The notes beneath the pieces were generated by a model. That model saw only the letters and a program-made list of their open reading frames with translations, had not been told where the DNA came from and ran no database searches. A stretch of DNA of 64,000 nucleotides from the human T2T-CHM13v2.0 reference genome, Homo sapiens. The stretch is taken from NCBI RefSeq assembly GCF_009914755.1, contig NC_060935.1. One strand, given 5' to 3'. Made by a program: the position numbers and the translations under genes. Shown one piece after another: positions 1-13,730 of the stretch (positions are counted from its first letter, which is position 1; each line of letters opens with the position of its first letter).

Positions 1-3000
1 ACCCAGTCTATCATTGATGGGCATTTAGGTTGATGTGATGTCTTTGCTACTGTGAATAATGTTGTAATTAAGATACTTATGCATGTATCTTTATAATACA
101 ATAATTTACATTACTTTGGGTATATGCCCAGTAATGGGATTGCTGAGTTGAATGGTGTTTTTGTCTTTAGGTCTATGAGGAATCATCACACCATCTTCCA
201 CAATGGTTAAACTAATTTACACTCCAGTCAACAGTGTATAAGCATCCGTTTCTTTCCACAACCTCAACAGCATCTGTTATTTTTTGATTCTTCAATAATA
301 GCCATTTTGACTTGTGTGAGATGGTATCTCCTTGTGGTTTTGATTTGCATTTCTCTAATGATCAATGATGTTGAGCTTTTCTCATATGCTTGTTGGCTGT
401 ATGTATGCCTTCTTATGAAAAGTGTCTGTTCATGTCCTTTGCCAACTTTTTAATGAGGTTGTTTGTTTTTATCTTGTAAATTTGTTTAATTTCCTTATAG
501 ATGCTGGATATTAGATCTTTGTTAGATGCACAGTTTGCAAATATATTCTTCTATTCTTTAGGTTGTTCATTTGTGATAGTTTCTTTTGTTTATGCACACA
601 CTCTTTAGTTTAATTAAATGTCATTTGTCAATTTTTGCTTACATTGTAATTGCTTTTGGCATCATCATCATGACATCTTTGCCTGTGTCTATGTCCTGAA
701 TGGTATTGCTTAGATTTTCTTCTAGGGTTTTTGTAGTTTTGGGTGTTACATTTAAGTTATTAATCCATCTTGAATTCGTTTTTGCATATAGTATAAGAAA
801 GTTGTCCAGTTTTAATCTTCTGCATATGGCTTGCCAGTTATCCCAGCACCATTTATTAAGGAGTTATTTCCCTATTGCTTATTTCTGTCAGGTTTGTTGA
901 AGATCAGATAGTTGTAGGTATGCTATATTCTTTCTAGGTTTTCTATTCTGTTCCATTGGTCTACATGTCTGTTTTTATACCAGTACCATGTTGTTTTGGT
1001 TACTGTAGCCTTGTAGTATAATTTGAAGTTAGGTAGTGTGATGCCTTCAGCTTTATTATTTTTATTTAGGATTGCCGTGGCTATTCAAGCTCTTTTTCAG
1101 TTCCATACAAAACTAGAAAAATAACATTTTCTAGTTCTGTGAAGAATGCCAATGGAAGTTTAATAGGAATAGCATTTAATCTATGAATTGCTTTGGGGAG
1201 TATGGCCATTTTATGAATATTGATTCTTCCTATCCATGAGCATGAAATCGTTTTCCAATTGTTTTTGTCATTTCTGATTTCTTTGGGCAGTGGTTTATAG
1301 TCCTCCTTATAGAGATCTTTGACCTCCCTAGTTAGCTGTATTCCTAGGTATTTTGTGCTTTTTGTGGCAGTGGTGAATGGGAGTTTGTTCCTGATTTGGA
1401 TGTCAGCTTGATTGTTAGGATATGAAAATGCTAGTGATTTCTGCACATTGATTTTGTATCCTGAGACTGCTGAAATTTTTTTTACCAGGTTAAGAAGCTT
1501 TTGGGCTGAGGCTATGGGATTTCTAGATAAAGGATTATGTCATTTGCAAACAGGGATACTTTGACTTCTTCTCTATTTGGATGCCCTTTACTTATTTCTC
1601 TTGCCTGATTTCCCTGGCCAGGACTTCCAATACTATGTTGAACAGAAGTGGTGAGAGAAGGCATTATTGTCTGGTGCTGGTTTTTGAGAGGAATGCTTCC
1701 AGCTTTTGCCTATTCAGTATGTTGTTGACTGTGGGTCTGTCATAATAGCTCTTATTATTTTGAGGTATGTTCCTTCAGTATGTACTTTACTGAGAATTTT
1801 TAACATAAATGAGTGTTGAATTTTATGGAAAACCTTTTCTGCATCTGTTGAGATAATCGTGTAGTTTTTGTCTTTGGTTCTGTTAATGTAATGAAACACA
1901 TTTATTAGTTGCATATGTTGAACCAACCTTGCATCCTGGGGATACAGCCTGCTTGATCGTGGGGGATAAGGTTTTTGATGTGCTGATTGATTCTGTTTGC
2001 TAGTATTTTGTTGATCAACATTGATGGGCATAAAGGATACTGGCCTGAAGTTTCCTTTTTTGGTTGTATCTCTGCCAGGTTTTGGTATGAGGATGATGCT
2101 GGCCTCATAGAATGAATTACAGAGGAGTCCTTCCTCCTCAAATTTTTGGAATAGTTTTAGTAGGAATGGTACCAGCTCTCTTGTACATCTGACAGAATTC
2201 ATCTATGAACCTGTCTAGTCATGGCCTTTTTTTGGTTGGTAGGCTATTTATTACTGCCTCAGTTTTAGAGCTCATTATTGGTCTGTTCAGAGATTCAATT
2301 TCCTCCTGGTTCAGTCTGGGGAGGGTGTATGTGTCCAGGAATTTATCCATTTCTTCTAGATACTCTAGTTTATGTGCATAAAGGTGTCCATAACATTCTC
2401 AGATATTTGTTTGTATATTTGTGGGGTCAGTCATAATATCATCCTTGTTGTTTCTGATTGTGTTTATTTGAATTGTTTCTTCTTTATTAGACTAGCTAGC
2501 AATCTATTTATTTTATTAATTTTTTTCTGAAAACCAGATCCTGAATTCACTGATCTTTTGAATGGTTTTTCATGTCTCTATCTCTTTCAGTTCAGCTCTG
2601 ATTTTGGTTATTTCTTGTCTCCTGTTAGCTTTGGAATTTGTTTGCTCTTGTTTCTCTAGTTCTTTAATTTGTGATGCTAGGTTGTTAACTTGAGATCTTT
2701 CTACCTTTTTGATGTGGGTAATTAGTGCTATAAATTTCTCCATTAACACTGCCTCAGCTATGTGCCAGAGATTCTGGTATGCTGTATCTTTGTTCTCATT
2801 AGTTTCAAAGAACTTCTTGATTTCTTCCTTAGTTTCATTATTTATCCAAAAGTCCTTCTGGGGCAGATTATTCAGTTTCTATGTAGTGTTATGGTTTTTA
2901 GTTAATTTCTGTTTTTTCATTTCTAATTTGATTGTGCTGTGGTCTGAGATACTTTGTGATAATTTTAGTTCTTTTGCATTTGCTGAGGAGTGTTTACTCC

Positions 3001-3621
3001 AATTATGTGATTGATTTTAGGGCATGTGCCATGCGGTGATAAGAAGAATATATATTCTGTCATTTTTGGGTGGAGAGTTTTATAGTTATCAGGTCCATTT
3101 GATCCAGTGCTGAATTAAGGGTCCTGAATATCTTTGTTAATTTTCTGTCTAGATAATCTGTCTAATATTATCAGTGGGGTGATACAGTCTCCTGCTATTT
3201 TGTGTGGGAACCTAAGTCTCTTTGGAGGTCTCTGAGAACTTGCTTTCTGAATCCGGGTGCTACTGTGTTAGGTGCATATATATTTAGAAGAGTTAGATTT
3301 TCTTGTTGAATTGAACCCTTTACCACTATGCAATACCCTTCTTTGTCTTTTTTTTTATCTTTGTTGGCTTAAAGTCTCTTCTGTCAGAAACTAGGATTGC
3401 AACCTCTACTTCTTTCTGTTTCCATTTGCTTGGTAGATTTTTCTTCCTTACTTTATTTTGAGCCTACGTGTGTCATTGCATGTGAGATTGGTCTCTTAGA
3501 GGCAGCATACCAATGGGTCTTCGTTATTTATCCAGCTTTCCATTCTGTGTCTTTTAATTGGGCCATTTAGCCCATTTATATTTAAGGTCAGTATTGATAT
3601 GTGTGGATTTCATTCTATCAT
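1..3621 (-). pseudogene. Degraded L1 ORF2 (endonuclease/reverse transcriptase)
   Basis: Fragments 1714-2202 ([20 protein letters not shown]), 1905-2141 ([17 protein letters not shown]) and 1081-1446 ([15 protein letters not shown]) match ORF2p; many frameshifts and stops. Confidence 0.92.
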
Positions 3622-3689
3622 CATGGTGTTAGCTGGTTATTTTGCAGACTTGTTTATGTGGTTGCTTTATAGTGTCACTGATTTGTGTA

Positions 3690-4692
3690 GTTCAGTGTGT
3701 TTTTGTAGTGGCTGGTAATGGTTTTACTTTCCATATTTAGTGCTTCTTTCAGGAATTCTTGTAAGGCAGGTCAGATGGTAACAAATTCGCTCAGAATTTG
3801 CTTGTCTAAAAATTATCTTATTTTTTCTTTGCTTATGAAGCTTAGTTTGGCCAGATATGAAATTCTATGTTAGAATTTCTTTTCTTTAGGAATGTTAAAT
3901 ATTGGCCCCCAATCTTTTGTGTCTTGTAAGGTTTCAACTGAGAGGCCCACTGTTAGTCTGATGGGCTTCCCTGTGTAGGTGACTTGGCCTTTCTCTTGAG
4001 CTGTCTGTGACTTTTTTTTATTTTGACCTTGGAGAATCTGATGATTATGTATCTTGGGGATGATCTTTTCATGGAGTATTTTGCTGGGGTTCTCTGCATT
4101 TCCTGAATTTGAATGTTTGCCTTTCTAGCTGGATTGAGGAATTTCTGATGGATGATATCCTGAAATATGATTTCCAAGTTGGTTTCATTCTCCCCATCTC
4201 TTTCACGTACACCAATCACTCATAGATTTGGTCTCTTTACATAATTCCATATTTCTCAGATATTTTATTCATTCCTTCTCATTCTTTTTTCTTTGTTCTT
4301 GTCTTCAGAAAGACAGTCTTCCAACTCTGAGATTCTTTCCTCTGCTTGGTCTATTCTGCTATTAATACTTGTGAATGCATTATGAAATTATTATAGTTTG
4401 TTTTACAGCTCTATCAGATCTGTTACACTTTTCCCTGCACTGGCTATTTTTCAGTCAGCTTCTACAGTATTTTATCATGCTTTTTAATTACCTTGCATTG
4501 GGTTACAACATACTCGTTCAGTTCAGTAAACTTTGTTCCTATCCATATTCTGAATTCTACTTCTGTCATTTCAGCCACCTCAGCTTCAGCCTGGTTCCAA
4601 ATGCTTGCTGGAGAGGTAATGCAGTCATTTGGAGAAAATAGGGCACTCTGGCTTTTTGAGCTTTCAGCATTCTTTTGCTGATTCTTCCTCAT
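3690..4692 (-). pseudogene. Degraded L1 ORF1
   Basis: ORFs 4462-4692 (MRKNQQKNAESSKSQSA...MTEVEFRIWI) and 3953-4219 (IGVRERDGENETNLE...IQIQEMQRTP...SPRYIIIRF) are ORF1p-like. The 3' boundary is approximate. Confidence 0.88.
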
Positions 4693-6214
4693 CTTTGTGG
4701 GCTTATCTGTCTTTAATCTTTGAGGTTGCTGACCTTTGGATTTTTTTTTCTTTTATTTTATCTTATTTGATGACCTTGAGGGTTTGATTGTAGTATAAAG
4801 TGGATTCAGACAACTGGCTTAATTTCTGGAAGATTTTAGGGGCCCAGTGTTCAGCCCCCAACTCCTGGATTGCATGGTCTAACTCTAGGGAACTTGTATT
4901 GATCCCTGAATTTGTTCTCTGGCTTCTTGATGTTTGAAGTCTCCTGAAGTGGGAGGACCAAGTTGTGGTAGCTGCAGCAGAGTGCTAGCAGATACAGGGG
5001 TGCCTGCCTTTCTGTGGGCATTCACTATAAGGGTGGAAGCAAGGCAGCTGGAAAGAGGGAGTTGGCGGCCCTTTCTGGATACTGTGTGCACTGTTGCACT
5101 GGAAGTGGTGTTGGTTTGGGGCAGGTTGCTGGCCAGGGCAAGTCTGGGTGCCTTCTCCGTGCCCCACAAACAGGAGTAATTGCTCAAGGTGTGCAAGAAT
5201 CCCTTATTCTCTATGTGTTAGCACAAGCACTGGGTGCTGGCAGGGGTGAGGCTTCCCAGTCCTGTGCCTGCCAAGGCTGTGTCTGCAATGGTAGTCAGTA
5301 GGGATCTTGGGGTGTACTGCACTCCCACATGCTGGTAGGGCAAGCAAGGCAAAACCTGCCCATGCAGGCACACACCAGCAAAGTGATGTGATGAGTTGCC
5401 ATGGGCTCAGGGGAAGCTGCTGTATGGGGAGGGAATGTGTGGGCTAGTGTGTGTCTGTAGCAGCTGCCTCTCTGGAGCTCTCCACCTGTTAGGCTGGCTC
5501 AGAAGCTATGGTGTGGGCCCGTAGCGCACCCAAGACTGTGCTGGAAGCGTGCATGGCCTGGCCGGGGCCCTGGGAGAGGTCAGCAGACCAAGAAGTGCTC
5601 AGGTTGGACCAGCCCCATCTGGTGTGCAAGACCACCTTGCAGATATCATGCCCAACAGTTTCCCTGGGGCTAAAGTTTCTTATAGGGGCAAGTCAAGCCT
5701 AGAGGGATGGCTGTACCTGGCCACACTTCACCACAGGTGCTTCTGCATCAAACCCTCTGGGCTCCACATCAGCTGGCTTGTCACTCCACTACTTTGCTTG
5801 TGTCCTGGGGACTTCGCCCTGGAGAGATGCAGGTCAGCAATTGCTCAGTACAATCAGCCCAGGATGGAGGGTCTGTACTGTGGGCCCAAGCCAGGGGTTC
5901 CCTGTCTGGTGACAAGCAGTCAGTGGGTATGTGGGACCCAAGGGAGATGAACTGGTCTTCTCTTCTTGGGCTGACTGCAGCTTGTTGGAGGTGTGGATAA
6001 GGCACTTAAGGTCTCTTTGCTCCTTTATTAGTTTGAGGAGAGTAAGGATAGTTCCACTGCAGGGAGGCAGTGGCAGAGAGGCTTTCAGTAGCCTCTAGAG
6101 GCTCTGTTCAGGGAATTGCCAAGTTGCTATTGGCTTGAGAGCTCTGGCTGGGGGTGGCTAGAGGCATAAGCCTGGAGGACCTGTCCAGTAAAAGGTTTGG
6201 GGATGGACACCCAC

Positions 6215-6900
6215 ATAACAATCTGACTGCTTTTCTTTATGGCTGCTGTTGTATGCTGGGGGTCTTCTCCAGTCCCTAGTCACCTCGTTTTTCCCAGTCC
6301 CTGGAGGTATCACCAGTGAAGGCAGCGAAACAGCAAAGATAGCAGCCTGCCTCTCTCTCTGGGAGCTGCATCCCAGGGAGGTATGGGCCTGTTGATGGCC
6401 TGAATGCACCTGTAGGAGGTGACTGAAGACTTCGGTTGGGGGGTTTTGCCAAGTCAGCAGCAACAAAATTGGTGTCATGCTTATAAAAGTAGCCTGGCCA
6501 CATTTTTCTAGAGCAGCTGTGATGTGCTGGGGGTCTGCTTCAGCCCCTAATTCCCTTGAACACTCTGAAGCCCAAAGACTGGAATGGCCAAGTTGCCCAA
6601 ACAGCAAAGATGGCAGCCTGCTCCTCCCTCTGGGAGCTCTGTCCCAGGGAGTATTCAAATCTCTTTTGGCCAGACAACACTGGCACGGGTGGCTGGAGGC
6701 CCCAGTTGGGAAGTCCCACCCAGTGGGGAGGAATGGGATTGGGGACCTGCTTAAAGAAGCAGTGTGGCCGTGTTTTGATACAGCAGCTGTATTGTGCTGG
6801 GGATCCCTTCTGCCCCTGGTCAGTTTGGACTCTCCAAAGCCCAAAGGCTGGATTGACTAAGTCACCCAAATAGCAGAGATGGCAGCTGGCCACTCCACCC
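6215..6900 (-). repeat. About 2.5 degenerate ~270-bp tandem units within the L1 5'UTR
   Basis: AAA(C/T)AGCA(A/G)AGAT(A/G)GCAGC recurs at 6328, 6599 and 6868 (spacings 271 and 269), each preceded by TGCTGGGG at a similar offset. Confidence 0.85.
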
Positions 6901-7534
6901 AGATCTGTCCCAGGTAGGTGCAATATTGCTACCATTTGCTGGCTAGAATTCCAAGCCAGTGGGTCCTTTCTTGTGAGGTGCCGTGGGAGGGGGGTCTGCA
7001 GACACTCACTACTTGGCACCCTGGATTCAGCTCCTCTCCTCGGAATATGTATGGGTGTCTAACCTCCCACTTTGCCAGAGTTGCAGTTACTTTTGCTGGG
7101 AGGACTGGAAAGCCAGAGTATCAAAAGCTTCCAGGTCTCCACACATGCTTGAGCGGCTGCTATGCTGAAATCCCACATAGCTCAGTGTGTCAGACTGAAG
7201 GCGCTGGTAAAGTGGGTTCATGAGGGTATCTCCTGACCTGAGGGTTGCAAAGATCTGTGAGAGAAGCATGGGTTCCCGGGATTGCACATTCACTCACTGC
7301 CTCCGTGAGCAGGCAAGGTTTCCTTGGCTCTGTGTTGTTCCGAGGTGGGCCATCGTCCTGCCTTGCTTTTCCCAGTTCTCTGTGGGTCGAATTGTTTCCT
7401 TGATTAGTTCCAGTGTGAGTATCTGATTGTTTCCTTTGAAGGTGCTGCATTTACTCATCCCTTCCATTTCCTCTCTGTGAGAGTCATGAACACTAGCTGC
7501 TTCTAGTCAGCCATCTTGGCCACTCACCCTATAT

Positions 7535-7728
7535 TATTCTTAATGGTAGTACTGTATTAAAAATTGTACTCAGTGTTATAATATTTTACATTTCATCAAT
7601 TAGATTTTGTGTGTATAGTGTTATCTCTTGTTATGTAAGTGCTTACGTATGTAAAATTCTGTATTTTGCATCTTGGTCTGCAAAGCCTAAAACATTTTGG
7701 TCTTTAGAGAAAAAGCTTGCCAACTCCT
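7535..7728. mobile_element. MER58-like hAT-Charlie fragment
   Basis: GGTCTGCAAAGCCTAAAACATTT...AGAAAAAGCTTGCCAACTCCT resembles the MER58 terminus. Confidence 0.6.
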
Positions 7729-9639
7729 CTTTTAATTTTTCATGATATAACTTTCTTAATAATGTTTAATATTAATCTTAGTAATTATTTTATCATAATA
7801 ATACTTAATAATATAGAAGTACTTTTATATATAAATATTTTCATATTTATCTCTTTCATAAATAATTTATAAGTATTTATTGAACCATATACTTTACATA
7901 GCTAAAAATGTACCTTCATAAGTACTCTGGGAAATTATAGAAGACAAATTCATTTTTAATTTTTCTACAGAGGAAAAATGTCTTATTAGAAGCTAAATCT
8001 CAATTTTATTGTAAATATCCAAATACCAGAGACAGAAATTCTTTTTTTGCTTGATTATTTTCGTGGCTTCTATTTATAAATGGTTTGATATGAACAAGTT
8101 TCTACATAATGAAATGATTACTTAGAAGCACAGTTCAATATGTTTATTTTTTTTCATATATCTGGTGGTTGTTTATAGTGTTCAGTGATGTTTCTAGATC
8201 TCACCTTTTTTCATGGTAGAATAACAATCATTGTTCCTTTGTAGAGGTTCCATCAGCCTGGATTCCTGAGTAACCATAACACAAAACTGACTTGAGATGG
8301 ACACATAGCCTGAGTAAGAAATAAGAACTGGAGGTTCTTGAATTACTACAAAATAACCTAAGCTATCCATATTATTATGCTTCATGGTTGTGAATTTTTG
8401 AACCACTTTTAACACATAAACAAACCAACAATCATAACTAACCTCATAGTTACTTTTTCTCTTAAAAGTTAAATTAGTATCAGCCTTGAGTGAATGAATT
8501 AGTAAAGTTGCCAATCCATTCATTTTGGACCCTTAATTGGGAGAGCGACCAACCAGGACAGAATAAGTAGGGTCCACTAAAATCTAAGGGCATATGTAAT
8601 AGATACACTGTCAACTATTTAAAACAAAGGAGGCAATTAAGGGGTTTTATGATTATTTGAATCATCCAGTCTTGATGCTCACTCTATCAGCGAATGGAGA
8701 AGGGGATGTAAATATTTAAAGTACACCTGTTCCTTTTTCACTGCTACTGCTGCTTTAGTATTATATCTTATATTGTGAATAGTATTGTAACCTAACCACT
8801 ATAACATTTAGAATCCTTAAAGTTCACGGGCTCCCTCACGTTGAGTTTTCTGACATTGTGAATGTGATCTACTTGTCAGCAACGGGGCCAACAGAACTCA
8901 TTTTACATTAAGGGGATAGCTGGATGAGGTTATTTTCAAAGTTCATTCTATACTGAGCTTTTATTATTTTATGATCCACTACAATTTCTCCATATTATTC
9001 TGGATAAATAAATTCCATTGAATTATCTTTGAAGAATAGCAAAGGCTTTCGAAGAGTCTGCATGGAGGTGTATCCAAACATTTACAGATAGGTACATAGC
9101 ATCCTGAAAAATATTGCAAGATTAACCTCTTTTTCAGCAGTTACAGAAGAGAAGCAATTGTCAAAGTATTGTACAGGTTAAAAAAAAAAAACAGTCAACT
9201 GCTCAGTAAGATTAAGTTTCTCTCTGCTCATATACTGTGGTGTGTCACATAGGAGACCTAATTCCTGTTTTTCATTTAAACATGAAACTTAGAAGCTAAA
9301 ATAAAAGCAGATCAGTTGTGCGTGTATTGAAAAAGTTCCCAAAATTAGCCTCTTGAGAACACTGTCAAAAGATGTTTAGTAAAATATCTAGTTATGTTAT
9401 GCTGGTTGTATTATGGTCACAATATGTTATTGGTTCAGGGGCAGAAGTGAGAACCCAATTGGCATCTGGCAATAATTTTCTACACTCTGATCAACCAAGA
9501 AAAAGATTTTTTAAAGGACTGTCATCTCTTTCAGTTCATTGTACAGAATATATACATCCCCTCTGAACCTACTTTCTTCCTGTCACTCTCAGCTTGAAAA
9601 CTAACTCCAATGGCTCCACAATGCTTATTGAATTGCTTA

Positions 9640-9935
9640 TGTGCACTTTAACATAACAAATCCATTCTCTTCTGCACTCTGGTACACAGCTAGACTACAT
9701 TTCCAACTCTTTCTTTTAATTAGGGAGGGCCATCTGTCTCACTTCTGACTGATAGAATGTGTGTAGGAGTGATAAGGCTCTGTGTTTTCATGGAGTCATG
9801 CGTTTCTGAATAACCAAATGAAGAATGACCTTGCTAATCAAAATCATACCTGCTCAGAACTGCTATGCAAGTAAAAAATCAATTTATGTTTTATGAAAAT
9901 ATTAAATATTGGGCCTAATTTTTTTTAGCAGCTAA
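9640..9935 (+). mobile_element. Old MaLR LTR fragment (MLT1H/I/J-like)
   Basis: GCTAGACTACATTTCC...TTAGGGAGGGCCATCTGTCTCACTTCTGACTGATAGAATGTG is an MLT1-type motif. Confidence 0.55.
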
Positions 9936-10859
9936 GCTAAAACTAGTCTACATGGCATTCAAGGTTGCTTACAGTATATCAAACTAATATCATCTCTCAC
10001 TCCATTTTTGAAGCATTTTTTCTAGCCATAATAGTTTGCTTTTTATTTTTAATTCCTCAGTGATTTAATTCATCCTTGTTCATACTGTTACTTTTTTGTT
10101 AAGAATACTTCTTCACTGCATAACATTTAAATGCCTAGAAAACTCGTATTCAGACTTCTGTAGAAATAATCCAGTATTAGTAGTGAAAATAATTATTTCT
10201 GACAAATACTCCCACAGCACCTTTTAAACACATGTTATGGACCTTATATCTATCTCATCAACAGTTCCCAGTAAAGGAGCTAGCACTTAGTAAGTGTCAA
10301 TAAAAACATTGTGAATGAATTCACAAATTTATCAGGATCTCTATTCTCCTATATTTTAATAATAAGCCTATTCATTGGTTTTCTGTTGTTTTGCGTTTGA
10401 TTCATTAAGATTCTGACATAATGCAAAAGCACACTAAATAGTTAAAAGATCATTAGATTCTACATATTCCTGTGAATGGATATTCTCGACTCTGAGGATA
10501 AGTCTATATACTAGAGAAGGATAACAGAGCATAGTATTTAAAATGGGGGGAGGGGTGGATAAAGGAGAAGAGATTTCAGGACAGAAATAAGAAAGAATTT
10601 GCTGGAAAGGGCTATTTACAAAAACGTATTGCTGTTTTATATAGTATTCTGTTACTTTTAGGAAGCTGAACATTACAATGTATTTTGGATGCCACATTTT
10701 AAACATGTCTTGCATGTCAGAAGTCATTTACTAAATTCTCACTTTATGCAAGTGATAATAGGAGTGAAAATGAACAAGAAAATAAGTTTGCCCTCAATGA
10801 GCAATTTCAGGGGGAGCTAACCAGGAGAATGAAGTTCAGGAAATTGGCAAACCAGGTAT

Positions 10860-11225
10860 GGTTAAAGAACTTGGAGATGTTCATTTCAGGAATACAAGTT
10901 GCAGAGAAGACTGTGGATGATACTCAACCAGCAGCTTGGGAAGAGGAATGCACTGAGGTTCTAGGAGGTAGATCAAAAGGAAAAACTGGGAGAATGTACA
11001 GAGGGGTATATTTTACTTTAACATGAGGATTATCTTTGAACATGAAGTCATCTAGCAGTAGAAAGGAGTATATCTCTTTATAAAGGAGGAAACATTTAAT
11101 TTTGGAAGATGTTCAAGCAAAACCTGAATGACTTATCTCAGATGTGTTTGATAAAGTTTCCTGCCTCCAGTGAGAAATTGGAATGCGTTACCTCTAATGT
11201 CTCCTGTAGTTCTATATTCTGTTGG
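10860..11225 (+). mobile_element. L3/CR1 3' fragment
   Basis: GTTCAAGCAAAACCTGAATGAC...ACCTCTAATGTCTCC...TTCTATATTCT resembles the CR1/L3 3' end. Confidence 0.5.
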
Positions 11226-11569
11226 AACCGCTAGTTCAGGTGGAATTATCAGTCTTTGCTAATTCTACTACTGCCCTTCCTTTAGCCAAAATCTAAAGTC
11301 ACTTAATGTAGCTGCTGTTTAGTGACACCCTATGCAGCTGCCTAAGCAGTCGGTGTTCTGGGTATGATCAACAGACCTAGGTGAATTGGGTACTTCCACA
11401 TCTGCCCAGGTTTTAACAGATTTCCTCAGAACTCACAGCTGTTCATTTAATCAATCATCTTCTATTGTTTTTCTTTCTTTTGCTATTTGCAGTGTTTTCC
11501 ACTCATTTTGATCACTTAGTTCCCTGTCCTGTAAGGCCTGAGGAGTCTCTCATTAAGATGTAAGGTTGG

Positions 11570-12491
11570 AAATTTACAAGAAATGAAACAAACAATCCCA
11601 TTAAATAGTGGGCAAAGGGCATGAACAGACACTTGTCAAAAGAAGACACACATGTGGCCAAAAAGAATATGAAAAAAAGCTCAACATCATCGATCATAAG
11701 AGAAATGCAAATCAAAACCACAATGAGATACCATCTCACACCAGTCAGAAAGGCTATTATTAGAAAGTCAAAAAGTAACAGATGCAGGCAAGGTTGTGGA
11801 GAAAAAGGAATGTTTATATAATGCTAGTGGCTATATAATGCCACTAGCATTATATAAATTAGTTCAACCATTGTGTAAATTAGTTCAACCATTGTGGAAG
11901 ACGGTGTGGTGATTCCTCAAAGACTTAAAGATAGAAATACTATTCCACCTAGCAATCCCATTACTGAGAATATACCCAAAGGAATATAAATTGTTCTATT
12001 ATAAAGATACATGCATGTGTATGTTCACTGTAGCACTATTCCCAATATCAAAGATGCCAAATTAACCTAAATGCCCGTCAATGATAGACTGGATAAAGAA
12101 AATGCAGTACATACACATCATGGAATACTATGCAGCCATAAAAAAGAATGAGATAATGTCCTTTGCAGAGACGTCAATGGAGCTGGAGGCCATTATCCTT
12201 AGCAAACTAATACAGGAACAGAAAACCAAATACTGCATGGTCTCCTTATAAGTGGGAGCTAAATGATGAGAACACATGGACACAGAGGGGAATAAAACAC
12301 ACTGGAGCCTACTTGAGGATGGACGGTGGGAGGAGATAGAGGATCAGGAAAAATAACTAATGGCTACTAGGTTTAACCCCTGGGTGATGAAATAATCTGT
12401 ACAACAAGCCCCTGTGACACATATAACCTATGTAGCAAACCTGTACACGTACCCCTGAACTTAAAATAAAAGTTAAAACAAAATAAAAAAG
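11570..12491 (+). mobile_element. 5'-truncated L1 3' end (L1PA15/16/L1PB1-like) with TSD
   Basis: ORF2 C-terminal remnant ([18 protein letters not shown]), a 3'UTR with GAGGATCAGGAAAAATAACTAATGG, an A-rich tail and TSD AAGAT(G/T)TAAGGTTGG at 11555-11569 / 12492-12506. Confidence 0.92.
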
Positions 12492-13204
12492 AAGATTTAA
12501 GGTTGGGACTAAACTCAGAACAAGAAAGAAGAAGCATCTGTTGACAAGGCACAATTTGAAATTGGAGAGCTATTTGTAATTCTCTATTCATGTAAAGAAT
12601 GATTGGAGTTTTTCTCTCTCTTTCTCTCTTGCTTGCCCCCCACCCCCACCACCACCCTGAGCCTGGGAAATTATTTTAGTGAGTTTGAGCTGTTATAACC
12701 AACATTTAAAATAGCTAAAATTTATGTGGCACCCATGGAAGACACAATTTTTAGAGCATGCATATTGTAATTATGAGGTTTGCTTATTAATCTTGAAAAT
12801 ATGAGAACCAAAGGGCAAATTATTTTACTACATATTTCTTCTCACTCCAAGGTCGTCATGGCTGCCTCACTGTGCTCAGCAACTACAGGCAGAGTCCACC
12901 CCATGTGATCACTTTCTCAGTCTTCATTATCTGCCTGCAGGGCTCCTGCCAGTCAAAGTCATTATGCAGGTAACTTGCAGTTTCCATTTGTACAAAATTT
13001 CCCTTGACCAATAAATATGATTAAAAAATGGCAGTATTTTGGTCAAAGTAGCTGAATATCAGTCCTCAGTTTAGATTGGAGATTTGCACTAATCAGAGCA
13101 AAAATTTACACCAGAGAATCAAATTTCCTGGGAAACTGTTAAAGCTCCACTCTTCTAGGACTCTGAGGTGAATATTTTTAGAGGAGTTCTTCTCTTTCTG
13201 TAAG

Positions 13205-13730
<526 letters not shown>

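Larger units (their letters stand above)
1..7530 (-). mobile_element. Near full-length old primate LINE-1 (L1PA15/L1PA16/L1PB-like); the 3' end lies outside the window
   Basis: The minus strand begins GGGTGAGTGGCCAAGATGGCTGACTAGAAGCAGCT (old L1P 5' end), followed by a long GC-rich 5'UTR and collinear ORF1 and ORF2 remnants running to position 1. Subfamily assigned from memory of consensus motifs. Confidence 0.93.

Noticed and set aside
6215-6900. CRISPR-like or other regularly spaced array
   Set aside because: The whole unit is degenerate tandem sequence without unique spacers, in a primate L1 context.
4885-7450. Dense cluster of overlapping 60-228 aa ORFs on both strands
   Set aside because: All lie in the GC-rich, stop-poor L1 5'UTR, with no recognisable domains or splice structure.
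7000-7530. L1 antisense promoter driving the plus-strand candidate exons
   Set aside because: Antisense promoter activity is established for young L1PA 5'UTRs, not for this older 5'UTR type, and the CpGs are largely decayed.
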